A DNA stretch of 63,898 bases, counting the filler, from an uncultured bacterium (GTDB lineage: Bacteria; Latescibacterota; UBA2968): the NCBI GenBank assembly GCA_964471275.1. It is 3 parts of 3 records of this genome, joined end to end, with 100 filler letters (N's around TTAATTAATTAA, not from the genome) between each part and the next. Parts side by side here need not be neighbours in the genome. Positions count along the whole stretch, not along the records: positions 43,782 to 63,898 come from CAYYGZ010000064.1; 2 more parts are not named here. One strand, written 5' to 3'. The notes under the pieces are model-generated. The model had not been told where the DNA came from and ran no database searches. It saw nothing but the letters and a program-made list of their open reading frames with translations. The translations under genes and the position numbers were made by a program. Positions within the stretch are counted from its first letter, which is position 1. Each line of letters begins with the position of its first letter. Positions 48,150 through 57,544 of this stretch are shown here, piece by piece.

Positions 48150-50462
48150 CTACGTGAGCTTGATGCCTTCATCGTCGATCACGTAGTTCATTCCTTGAAT
48201 CCTCAGCTCAGCAATGTGACCTTCACCGGGCGGATGGATTCGGACGCTATCATCGCCGATCGTTGCCGTCTCTACTCCCCCGTCAACCCCGGCATTCACT
48301 TCCGCGCCGTCCCGATGCTCGTGCGCTGCCGACAGGATGACGCCGAGATTTCGCGAAGGCGCCATCCCAACGGGTGTGAAACGCAGGTTGTACTGCATCT
48401 GCCACTCGGCATCGCTCGATTTGCGGGCGGTCGGCGGCGGATCCCAGCCTTCGGTCATCGAGAAGAAACTGTTCGACTGGCACAGGAATGTACCTGTCAG
48501 GGTCGCTTGCTCTCGACTCAGGACGAAACGCTTGTTGAGCTCATCCACATCAAAGCGATTCCAGGAATGTAGATTCCACTGCAGTGATGAGTCCACGCCC
48601 TGCTTTGCGACGAACTCATCAATCATCACATAGCAGCCTGCCGATTTCAGATACACGATGTGCCGCCGACACCGATCCGCCCGGTCCTGGTAGCTGGCGT
48701 CCGCCACGCCGCACAGAAAGGCGATCAGGTCGTCTTCATACGGATGGACAACCTTACCGGCCGAGTCCGGCGACCGCATCAGCTGAGAGGCGTCCGACAG
48801 AGTCACACAGTTGTGAGACTTCGTGTGCCAGACCCAGTGTGCGTGATGGGCGGACCCGTAGCCTGCATAGTAACCGCTCGGCATTGCCATCACCTGGCCG
48901 CCTACGTGCAGGATGAAGTCATTGTTGTTCGCGTGAGAATGACTGATCGCCCCATACGGAGACGATCGGAAGACCATTGCGATATCGCGCTCGCGATCTT
49001 CGGCATCGGATCGAAATGCCGCCCACCCCGTATCTGCGAATACGTTAAGTACCTTGTCCTGACCGTTAATGGTGCCGCCTGTGTCCGCCAGATCCGGCGC
49101 CGTATACAGCTGAGACAGGACACCGGGCATCTTGCATTCTTCCACCTGCGACAGCGACCTGGCTTCTTCCCGAAACGCATCGATGTAGTGACCAAATTCG
49201 GGACTGTCCGTCTGTCTGGCGATGATATCCACCAGGTTGGCATTGTTCTTCCAGGTATCCGCCCACTTCTCGGAATGATCGCCAAACCCCATCCACTCGA
49301 TGTAGGGCGGAAAGCAGAAATACCGCCATCTGGCGTGATTCTTCCAGAACGGCTTCTGATAAAGATCGACACCTGTGGTACTCTTGAGCATCGATGCGAA
49401 CATCGTCATAATCGTCACATACGCGGTGCCATAAGAGAGCCCTTGTGCCCAGGACCCGTCGTCATCTGCCCAGCTCGGCCACATCCCGCAAAGAACCGGC
49501 CTAAGCCATTCCAGCCACTCGGCCGCTTCCTCGATGTGTTCGTGGAACACGAAGGCGAGATTCGAAAGAAAGACGATCTCGCGACCGGCGTGTGAATCGA
49601 ACCGCGTGATGCCGTAGTGGCCGTGGTCGTGCATGTGTTCGAACGTGATTTGGCCCCGCCTCCGATACTGTTCGATCACCGAATCACGTTCTTCCACGGT
49701 AAACTGATCCCACGCCCAGTCACACGCATGCGGGCCGTGCCAGATCACCGACATATGCGCTTCGTCGTTGTGCCCCAGGTAGCTTGCGCCTTCGGGATCC
49801 CATTTCGCGACGGAAGCCATTCGCTCGCACGCAGCCCGTCCAAACCGAGCATCGCCTGTCGCCTGGTAGGTCAGTGCCAGCGCCTCTGCCCCCTTCACAA
49901 ACTGTCGCGTCCCCCACATCGTGGGATACCATACCGCCCAGAAGCCAGCGTAGTTCCGGCTGCGGTCCGGCAGGAATTCGGGCTCCTGGGTCTCCTGGCT
50001 TTCCTTCAGCAGCCGTTCCGCATCCTCTACTAGAAGACCCAACTCCGCTTCTCGGTCGCTATTGAGCCGGTCGCGGAAGCCAGGCACTGAATCCGCCGTG
50101 AGGTATATCCTCGGGTGCGTTTCGGGTGTGAGGGCCAGCCACTCGTTTGCCGACGGGATCTCGATCACAAGAGAGGACTCGGCGACCTGAAAAGTGAACG
50201 ACTCCGCCCAGTCCTGGCCATCACCCCAGCGCCAATGGTAGGTCCCCGGGGCAAGCGCGTTCCCGGGAAGGAAGACAGGATCGTCGAGCGTCAGGCCGAT
50301 GGTCGGATTTTGGAAACCATCATTCAGCGAGACCTGCAATCTGTATGGCCCCGGATCGACAGGCTTCCACGAGAAGTGAGGTGGATTGGTGGTAATCGTT
50401 ATACCGTCACCCGGGAAACGGGGGTCGACGTGCGGATGAGGATGCCGTTCCTCAACAATCAA
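48150..50462 (-). CDS. DUF4962 + heparinase II/III-like lyase
   Basis: NPPHFSW, HPRIYL, DGSWAQG, FRSSPYGAISHSHANNN and TKSHN motifs. Confidence 0.82.
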   Translation of the reverse strand: MIVEERHPHPHVDPRFPGDGITITTNPPHFSWKPVDPGPYRLQVSLNDGFQNPTIGLTLDDPVFLPGNALAPGTYHWRWGDGQDWAESFTFQVAESSLVIEIPSANEWLALTPETHPRIYLTADSVPGFRDRLNSDREAELGLLVEDAERLLKESQETQEPEFLPDRSRNYAGFWAVWYPTMWGTRQFVKGAEALALTYQATGDARFGRAACERMASVAKWDPEGASYLGHNDEAHMSVIWHGPHACDWAWDQFTVEERDSVIEQYRRRGQITFEHMHDHGHYGITRFDSHAGREIVFLSNLAFVFHEHIEEAAEWLEWLRPVLCGMWPSWADDDGSWAQGLSYGTAYVTIMTMFASMLKSTTGVDLYQKPFWKNHARWRYFCFPPYIEWMGFGDHSEKWADTWKNNANLVDIIARQTDSPEFGHYIDAFREEARSLSQVEECKMPGVLSQLYTAPDLADTGGTINGQDKVLNVFADTGWAAFRSDAEDRERDIAMVFRSSPYGAISHSHANNNDFILHVGGQVMAMPSGYYAGYGSAHHAHWVWHTKSHNCVTLSDASQLMRSPDSAGKVVHPYEDDLIAFLCGVADASYQDRADRCRRHIVYLKSAGCYVMIDEFVAKQGVDSSLQWNLHSWNRFDVDELNKRFVLSREQATLTGTFLCQSNSFFSMTEGWDPPPTARKSSDAEWQMQYNLRFTPVGMAPSRNLGVILSAAHEHRDGAEVNAGVDGGVETATIGDDSVRIHPPGEGHIAELRIQGMNYVIDDEGIKLT

Positions 50463-50510
50463 AATGGACTCCTTCTCAAGTGTGCTCAGACCGGACGGAA
50501 TCCCATCCGG

Positions 50511-51325
50511 CTAGCGACCGTTGTCAATACTGGTAAACTGCCCTCTGAATCCATGGACGATCATCGTGTCTCGGAACACCGTGATCACCGAGTCGGAAAG
50601 GACCGTGTTCTCTCGGATATAGATAGCCTCCCCAACGGATTGCAGCCTCCGCAGGGCCCTCAGCGTTTCAAGCTGAGAGTTCCGGAACACCACAAGGCGA
50701 TCACTCACCGTTCGAACCTTGTAGAGCTCGGTCAACGAGCGCAAACCGGTGCTCCCCTTCACGTCAAGGCTCTTGCCCACAGAGCGAAGGCTGAAAAAGC
50801 CGTCCAGATTCACAAGCTGTGGATTTCGCTCGATCCCCACCGACCCCGTGACTTCGGCAAGGCGCTGCAGGGGTTCCACGTGGATGATCCCTGTGCCGGA
50901 GACCACGAGCGATCCGTCGATCATGAACCGATCGCCGCGAGCGATCCCAACTCCTCGAGCTCGGCCATCGTGGTGGCAAAGAAGCTGCCGGTCACGATTG
51001 TCACATCATCCGTGATGTTGTTGCCCGATACTCGAAGGCTGCCAAGGATCTCGAAACGATCCGGAGTCACGCGCGCAAGTAGATCCGAAAGATCCTGGGG
51101 TGACGAAATGACGATCGGACCATCGATTGCCGATGCGGGGTCGGAGGTTGGCCCGATATCGCCATCGTTACTGGGGAACGCCGCCGCGAAAACGAGAAAA
51201 TCTGAGAAGCCGACCGTCCTGTCGGTATCCAGATCGTAGGCGGGATTCCGACTGCCGAAGGCCGCGGCAAACAGGAGAAAGTCAGAGAACCCCACCTCGC
51301 CGTCGGCATTGAAGTCGACTACCAC
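50511..51325 (-). pseudogene. Paired EF-hand/dockerin-like domain + receptor-L-like repeats, split into two ORFs at 50921-50924
   Basis: DFNADGEVGFSDF / DLDTDRTVGFSDF followed by IxGSL / VGKSL / NPQL repeats that run across the frame break. No signal peptide or RBS. Confidence 0.6.
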
Positions 51326-51346
51326 TTGCGTGTCTGCAGCAGGTGT

Positions 51347-52306
51347 CTATGCCAGGAAGTTCTTCTGCGGTAGTTCCGATGCATCATCGAGACCCGTACG
51401 ATGAGTGGGGTCGAGGTTCCAGCCGATTCCGCCGAACACGTCATCGACGTGCTCCGGCGTATCCGGTCCGATGATCGGAGCCGTGATCAATTCGTGGTCC
51501 AGAATCCACGCAATGGCGACCTGGGCAGGCGTCCTTCCGACTTCGTTTCCGATGTCGATGAGGATCTGGATGATGTTGTCAACCTGATCTGTCAGCGTTG
51601 CCTCGAGATCCATCCGCCCTCCTGACCAGGGCGTGCCCGGTGGGGAGGGCTGGCCTTTGCGGAACAAACCCGAAAGCAGACCGACTGCCAGCGGGCTGTA
51701 GGTCATCACGCCCAGCCCATACTTCTCGGTCACCTCCGCCAATTCACCCTCGACCTGGTAGCGTCTCAGAAGGCTGTATGGGTTCTGCGTGACAACCACG
51801 GGCGCCAGATTCCCGGCATCGCAGAGTCCGATATGTTCCATCAGCCGCCAGGGCGTGTGGTTGCAGCTCCCGATATACGTCGCCTTCCCCTGTCGAACGA
51901 CATCATCCATCGCGCGCAAGGTTTCATCTGTGGGGACATCAGCATCGATGTTATGAAGCAGGTAGATGTCGATATGATCAGTCTGCAGACGCTTCAGGCT
52001 ACGATCGACCTCTCGCACGATACTGAACCGTGAAGTGCCTCGATCGTTCGGACCCTCCCCCATCGGGCTCCAGACCTTCGACGTCAGCACCACATCGTCC
52101 CGGACGCCTTTGAGTGCTTTCCCGACGATCGTCTCCGATCTCCCCTGTCCGTAGTAGTTCGCACAATCCAGAAAGTTGCACCCGAGTTCGAGCGCCCTGT
52201 GGATCACCTTCTCACAGACCAGGTCATCCTTCTGCCCGCGAAAAGCTGTCCCGAGACAGATCTCCGAAACCTTGACGCCCGACCTTCCGAGTCTCTTGTA
52301 ATTCAT
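51347..52306 (-). CDS. Aldo/keto reductase
   Basis: LGRSGVKVSEICLG, DCANYYG, SLKRLQTDHIDIY and YSPLA motifs. Confidence 0.94.
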   Translation of the reverse strand: MNYKRLGRSGVKVSEICLGTAFRGQKDDLVCEKVIHRALELGCNFLDCANYYGQGRSETIVGKALKGVRDDVVLTSKVWSPMGEGPNDRGTSRFSIVREVDRSLKRLQTDHIDIYLLHNIDADVPTDETLRAMDDVVRQGKATYIGSCNHTPWRLMEHIGLCDAGNLAPVVVTQNPYSLLRRYQVEGELAEVTEKYGLGVMTYSPLAVGLLSGLFRKGQPSPPGTPWSGGRMDLEATLTDQVDNIIQILIDIGNEVGRTPAQVAIAWILDHELITAPIIGPDTPEHVDDVFGGIGWNLDPTHRTGLDDASELPQKNFLA

Positions 52307-52508
52307 TTGGTCATCCCCATGTCATCCTGAACCGAAGGTGAAAGATCCCTCCCAGGTCTGCAACATTCGATCTGATTTTGCCTTCACCATTCATCTCGAG
52401 TAAGGTTTTGCTTCCGGTGAAGCGAATCGGACGGCTGGCCTCCCGGTCGTACAGTCCTGTTGATCCCAGCGAGAATCGGAAGCCTTCAGCAGGCCTCCCA
52501 CTCTCCGC

Positions 52509-53990
52509 CTACCAGTACTTCCTCTCGTCCGGGAGCGGAACCGGCTCCCCGTCTTCGGTCTCGATGCTCCAATCCGCCAGCTTGAGCCGCAGATCTGCCA
52601 GCACATCTGCATGTCTCGGTTCATCAACGATGTTCTTCAGTTCCCACGGATCACCGACCAGATCGTAGAGCTCATCCAGATCCCCCATCGGATCGTGAAC
52701 GTATTTCCACTCCGGTGTCCGAACCATCTTTCGACGCCCCTCGGCTTCACGCCACTGGAGAGATTTCCCGATCGAGATACGACCGTACGGCCCATCCATC
52801 TTGTTAAGATCCGCTTGCGCAAACGGTGGTCCACCTGCGCCATACTCCGAGAATGCGGCTTCTCTCGCTTCTGAATCGGTCACCGTGGGAAGCGGAGAAC
52901 CTTCGAAAGACGCTTGCTGCGGCAATCCCTGAAGCTCGAAGAGAGTCGGGACGATGTCGATGAGGTTTGCCATGCTCTCATCCGTCTTTCCCGCAGGTGT
53001 GTGACCGGGCCAGGAGACGATCAAGGGAATACGCGTGAGACAGTCGTAGAAGGCGCCCCCCTTCGAGATCATGTTGTGTTCGCCGGAATAATCACCGTGG
53101 TCCGAACAGAAGACGACGATCGTATCCTCACGCAGATTCAGCCTGTCCAATGCGTCCAGGATCTGGCCCACGCCGTCATCGATAAAACGCACCATCGCGT
53201 GGTAGACGCCGACAACGCCCTTCTTGTCGGATTCGCCGTCGTCGGTCATCCCGATCATATTATACAGGACTCGATTACGTTCCGGCGCCGACCCGTCGGT
53301 ATACTCGTCGGCCCGAAACGGCGGCATGTCGACCACGTCTTCACCAAACATCTCCGCGTACTGTCGCGGCGCTTCATACGGCGTGTGCGGATCGGGAATC
53401 GATACCCACAACGCGAAAGGATCGTCGCCCTGCTCTTCGAGAAAGCGGACCGTCTGCCCACACACGAGTCCTGTCGAGTAGTCCTCGAGCGGATAATCCG
53501 AGACCGCGTATGAGAAGTGGCGGCTCACCTTCGGCATGTTCCGCCGGATCGAGTGAGCGTCGTGAACCGAGTCTGTCGGCCGGAACCAGTCCATCCCTTT
53601 CGTCTCCGCATCCTTTGGTAGTCCACCGTGTCCGATTTCACACCACACGTCGAACAAATCCAGATCTGCCTCATCGACGAAGCAATGGTTCTTGCCGATC
53701 AGCCCTGTCCGGTAGCCCGCATCCTTCCATTGTCTGAATGCGTGGTTTGCAGCTGGCGGCATGAGGGTCTGGTTCCGGCGCCGCCCGTGCGTGTGCGGAT
53801 ACTGTGATGTCCAGAAGGAGATACGCGCGGGTACGCAGAGCGGATGGGGTGTCACGGCGTGACGATACAGGACGCCCTGCTTTGCGAGCCGTTCAAGAGA
53901 GGGCGTTTCGCAGAACGAGCTTCCATACAGGTGGCTCGCGGTCGCCTTCATCTGGTCGGCCATAATCACGATGATATTTGGTTTCTTCAT
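52509..53990 (-). CDS. Sulfatase (formylglycine type), paralog 2
   Basis: KPNIIVIMADQ, CVPAR, GKNH and SDHG motifs. Start taken at ATG 53990 by alignment with paralog 1. Confidence 0.93.
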   Translation of the reverse strand: MKKPNIIVIMADQMKATASHLYGSSFCETPSLERLAKQGVLYRHAVTPHPLCVPARISFWTSQYPHTHGRRRNQTLMPPAANHAFRQWKDAGYRTGLIGKNHCFVDEADLDLFDVWCEIGHGGLPKDAETKGMDWFRPTDSVHDAHSIRRNMPKVSRHFSYAVSDYPLEDYSTGLVCGQTVRFLEEQGDDPFALWVSIPDPHTPYEAPRQYAEMFGEDVVDMPPFRADEYTDGSAPERNRVLYNMIGMTDDGESDKKGVVGVYHAMVRFIDDGVGQILDALDRLNLREDTIVVFCSDHGDYSGEHNMISKGGAFYDCLTRIPLIVSWPGHTPAGKTDESMANLIDIVPTLFELQGLPQQASFEGSPLPTVTDSEAREAAFSEYGAGGPPFAQADLNKMDGPYGRISIGKSLQWREAEGRRKMVRTPEWKYVHDPMGDLDELYDLVGDPWELKNIVDEPRHADVLADLRLKLADWSIETEDGEPVPLPDERKYW

Positions 53991-54011
53991 AGGTCTCAAT
54001 GAATGCACAAA

Positions 54012-54038
54012 TCCCTCTCCCAACAAACGGGAGAGGGA
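54012..54038. repeat. REP-like palindrome
   Basis: TCCCTCTCCC-AACAAAC-GGGAGAGGGA, a perfect 10-bp stem with no U-tract. Confidence 0.55.
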
Positions 54039-54134
54039 CAGGTTTGGGTTTGTGTCAGAGTACTCCCGATCGGGCGAGCAAAAAACACTCTCCGGGTGTG
54101 AACCCACAGATGCCTTCGATATCCGGTCTGCCAC

Positions 54135-55619
54135 CTACTCGTAATTCTCCTGAACAGGCAGCGGCACCGGTGGACTATCCTCTGTGTCGATGCTCCAGTC
54201 GGCCAACCGCAGTTGCAGATCCGCGATCACGCTCGCGTGGGCAGGGTCGGTCGCAACGTTCGTCAACTCCCACGGGTCATTCGTCAGATCGTATAGCTCA
54301 TCCTGATCGCCCATAGGGTCGTGTACATACTTCCACTCGCGCGTCCGGACCATCTTCCGGCGTCCTTCCGCCTCTCGCCACTGGAGAGACCGGATCAGCG
54401 CCCGTCGTCCAGAGGGCTTCTCGAGTTGCTCCAGGTGATCCAGTCTGAATCGAGGCCCCCCGGATCCGTACTCAGAGAAGGTCGTGTCACGAGGAGTGGC
54501 ATCGGTTACCGTCGGAAGCGGCTTACCGTGCATTGCTCTGGGTGTTTCGATGCCCTGAAGCTCGAAACAGGTCGGAACCAGGTCGATCAGATTGGCCATG
54601 CTGTCGTCACGCACATCGGTCGGCAGTTTGTCCGGCCACGAGACGATCAAAGGAACACGCGTCAGGCAATCGTAGAAAACGCCGCCCTTGCACTGCATCG
54701 CGTGCTCACCCATAAAATCACCGTGATCGGAACAGAAGATCACGATGGTGTTCTCGCTGAGACCGGTCTCAGCGAGCGTATCCAGGATCTTTCCGATCTC
54801 GTCATCTATAAATCGGATCATCCCATGGTAGGCGCCGATCACACCATACACATCCTCATCCGAGTCTTCCCGGATCCCCACCATCTCATACAGCGCCACG
54901 TTCCGCTCCGGTGCCGTTCCATCGGAGAATTCCTCATCCCGCCACGGAGGGAGTTCGACCTTCTCCCTGGGGAACATTTCTGCATACTTCCGAGGCACTT
55001 CCCAGGGCTCGTGCGGGTCCGGAAACGAAACCCAGAGCGCAAACGGATCCTCCTTGTGCTGCTCGAGAAATCTTCGCGTCTGGCCGCCAACCAATCCCGT
55101 CGAATAGTCCTCCAGCAGATGGTCCGTGACCGCCCAGCTGAACCGCGGGCTGCTTTTCGGCATGCTTCGTCGGACCGAGTGTCCCTCATTGATCTGATCG
55201 ACCGAACGAAACCAGTTCATCCCTTTCGTTGCTTCGCCCCGGGTCAGACCGCCGTGGCTGATCTGGCACCACGTATCGAACAGATCCAGATCCCACTTCT
55301 CCTCGAAGCAGTGGTTCTTCCCGATCAGACCCGTGTGGAATCCGTTCTCCTTCCAGACCTTGAACGCGTGGTTTGCATCTTCAGGCATCAACGTCTCATT
55401 CCGTCGTCCGCCGTGCGTGTGCGGCCATTGCGATGTCCACGTCGAGATCCTCGCGGGCACACACAGCGGATGTGGGGTCACGGCGTGTTCGTACAGCACC
55501 CCTCGCTTCGCCAGCCTCTCCAGCGACGGTGTCTCACAGAAGGTATTCCCATACAGATGACTGGCAGTCGCCTTCATCTGGTCGCACATAATAAACAGAA
55601 CGTTCGGTTTGCTCTTCAC
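54135..55619 (-). CDS. Sulfatase (formylglycine type), paralog 1
   Basis: KPNVLFIMCDQ, CVPAR, GKNH and SDHG motifs. Confidence 0.93.
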   Translation of the reverse strand: MKSKPNVLFIMCDQMKATASHLYGNTFCETPSLERLAKRGVLYEHAVTPHPLCVPARISTWTSQWPHTHGGRRNETLMPEDANHAFKVWKENGFHTGLIGKNHCFEEKWDLDLFDTWCQISHGGLTRGEATKGMNWFRSVDQINEGHSVRRSMPKSSPRFSWAVTDHLLEDYSTGLVGGQTRRFLEQHKEDPFALWVSFPDPHEPWEVPRKYAEMFPREKVELPPWRDEEFSDGTAPERNVALYEMVGIREDSDEDVYGVIGAYHGMIRFIDDEIGKILDTLAETGLSENTIVIFCSDHGDFMGEHAMQCKGGVFYDCLTRVPLIVSWPDKLPTDVRDDSMANLIDLVPTCFELQGIETPRAMHGKPLPTVTDATPRDTTFSEYGSGGPRFRLDHLEQLEKPSGRRALIRSLQWREAEGRRKMVRTREWKYVHDPMGDQDELYDLTNDPWELTNVATDPAHASVIADLQLRLADWSIDTEDSPPVPLPVQENYE

Positions 55620-55758
55620 TGTGTTTGTCGCCTTTTAGGTACAGCGTTTGATTGATTCCCTGATGGGGCATTCTTGTAATCGGAAATGGGTCGCACATCG
55701 CGGGTCCGGAGGACACGCGGCTACCTCACAACCTGACTATCTCCCTATCTCACTGCAT

Positions 55759-56106
55759 CTAAACCCACGGCAGCACCCACCGAAACAGGACATCCAGGAC
55801 GGATATGCCTACGGAGGCGACCAGTGTGCTAACGAGGCCATCGATTTCGAACCCATCGATCAGCTTATCCGTTGTCCAGAGCAGTCCTGCATTGATGACC
55901 ACCAGGAAAAGCCCCAGCGTAATGATGACAAAAGGTAGTGACATGAACACAAGGATCTTGTAGAAGAAGAACTTGAGCAGCCCGTAAACAACTGCCACGC
56001 CGATCGCCGAACCAAACCCACGGATGTGAACGGACGACATGAAATGCGCAACGATGAAGACGGAAAGGCTGAACGCCAGTACGGACATAATGATCGACAA
56101 GGGCAC
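55759..56106 (-). CDS. YvlD / phage-holin-4 family membrane protein
   Basis: SLPFVIITLGLFLVVINA motif. GTG 56106 after GGAGG. Confidence 0.87.
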   Translation of the reverse strand: MPLSIIMSVLAFSLSVFIVAHFMSSVHIRGFGSAIGVAVVYGLLKFFFYKILVFMSLPFVIITLGLFLVVINAGLLWTTDKLIDGFEIDGLVSTLVASVGISVLDVLFRWVLPWV

Positions 56107-56113
56107 CCTCCAA

Positions 56114-56470
56114 TCAGTCGTCGATACCTGCAATCAGGTTGAGAGCCGCGCGATACAACATGTCGAGCAGCGAGATGAATACAGAGGCCAGAAGCGTGTT
56201 GAGCGCACCGTCCACAGCGAATCCATCGACCAGCCGTTCTGTTACCCACAACAACCCGGCATTGATCACGATAAGGAAGGAACCCAAAGAGAGCAGGACA
56301 AACGGGAGCGACAGGAACACCAGAATCTTGTAGAAGAAGTATTTCAGGAGCCCGTAGACCACGGCCACCGTGATCGCCATCTCGAACCCTGTCACTTGCA
56401 CAGATGACATCAGATAGGATGCGGTTAACACGGAGAGGCTGAATGCAAGAATCGAAAGTATCACCTTCAT
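56114..56470 (-). CDS. YvlD / phage-holin-4 family membrane protein (tandem paralog)
   Basis: SLPFVLLSLGSFLIVINA motif. Confidence 0.87.
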   Translation of the reverse strand: MKVILSILAFSLSVLTASYLMSSVQVTGFEMAITVAVVYGLLKYFFYKILVFLSLPFVLLSLGSFLIVINAGLLWVTERLVDGFAVDGALNTLLASVFISLLDMLYRAALNLIAGIDD

Positions 56471-56593
56471 CGTGAGCCTGCCTTGCCACTCGTCAAGAGT
56501 CGATGGTGAATCGCTGATTCCCGGTTCCTGGTGAGCCCAGGGGTTGAGACATCCAAAGACCGGTTACGCGCTCCAGATCAGCCGCCCTGCTCT

Positions 56594-56740
56594 TCATTGC
56601 CCAAAACACCGCCCTCGGTCAGAGATTCGAAGGATTCTGTCGGCAAAATGTTTCGTCTTCCGTTGAAGGTCGCTCCACTTGGCGCGTAGGCGCAAGTCAT
56701 CGCCTTCGATATTCGCTATCCGGAATTGGACATTCGACAT
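56594..56740 (-). pseudogene. Truncated four-helix-bundle (23S IVP-like) protein relic
   Basis: MSNVQFRIANIE...SDLQRKTKHFADRILRI resembles the DLxxRTxxFAxxI first helix, then stops at 48 aa. Confidence 0.45.
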
Positions 56741-56807
56741 TTCTGAGAGATTCTCTTTTCTGCACATCCCTCACCCCTACTGCCCGCCTTGCTTCGCCTA
56801 CGTCTTT

Positions 56808-57436
56808 CTACAAGACCACCAGATCACGGAACCCGCTGACGGTATGCAAGGAAATCAGATTTCCGTCGTGAGCCGTCTTGGCGCGATGATCACCCGACCG
56901 TGACAGAATGTGCAGATCTTCACCATCGATCGCCATGCTCACATAATGACGCGCCTCCAGTGGCGTATTCCCCTTCGCCACGATCCCCGCGGGAACCCAG
57001 TCCAGACAGTTTCGTGAATAGTGCAGTCCTAGAACGTGCCGCTCGTTGTTCGGGAGATTGTAGCGGTTTGCAGGCAGTCGATCCGGGCGGTAGGCGCTGT
57101 CTGTGGCGATGCTCGACAGGAGCCGAACAGTGCCGTCGCCTGGTCGAACAGGATATGGAAACGCATTTGCCCGCCTGGACAGGGCACGTGCAAAAAGGAA
57201 TCTCCTGTCGGTGAAGACTCGAGCGACGACGACATCATCCCATCCTCGACCTCAACGACCTTCGCCACACACGCGAGGGCTTCGGCTCGGCCAGTTCCTC
57301 GACACCCACCCCTGATTCATCGTCGTCACGAGCGCCCAGACGCCAACCAACAGATCCCGGGCGTATACGCAAAGATCCGCTTCGGATCCCGCGACTCGTA
57401 GACAGCCCGATATTCATTCGCTAGCATCCGCGCCAT
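56808..57436 (-). pseudogene. BNR/sialidase-like protein relic with frameshifts and a probable internal deletion
   Basis: Three frames join up: MARMLANEYRAVYESRDPKRIFAYTPGI..SGR; AKVVEVEDG..PCPGGQMRFHILFD; and LLSS..RYNLPNNER..SRNCLDW..RHYVSMAIDGEDLHILSRSGD..AHDGNLISLH..FRDL-stop. Confidence 0.7.
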
Positions 57437-57500
57437 CACCCATCACCCTTCGATATACGGTGATCGGTGATCGGTGTTCGGTGTTCGGTGTTCGATATTC
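57433..57500. repeat. Heptamer tandem repeat array
   Basis: CGATATA CGGTGAT CGGTGAT CGGTGTT CGGTGTT CGGTGTT CGATATT (57451-57499), preceded by CCATCAC x2. Confidence 0.85.
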
Positions 57501-57544
57501 CGCTTGAGTTTGCCTGTATCCTGGAACCTGACACGCCTCTGCCT

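Noticed and set aside
53991..54134. N-terminal extensions given by the ORF track (also 23896-24030, 32310-32435, 59354-59509, 12144-12350)
   Set aside because: RBS positions, stop/start overlaps and paralog alignment favour the downstream starts.
55759..56470. Prophage lysis module
   Set aside because: No endolysin, structural or integrase genes are nearby, and this family is commonly chromosomal.
56594..56740. Diversity-generating retroelement (Avd-like fold)
   Set aside because: No reverse transcriptase or template/variable repeat pair is visible in the window.
57451..57499. Possible CRISPR array
   Set aside because: These are contiguous 7-nt units with no spacers, and no cas genes are present.
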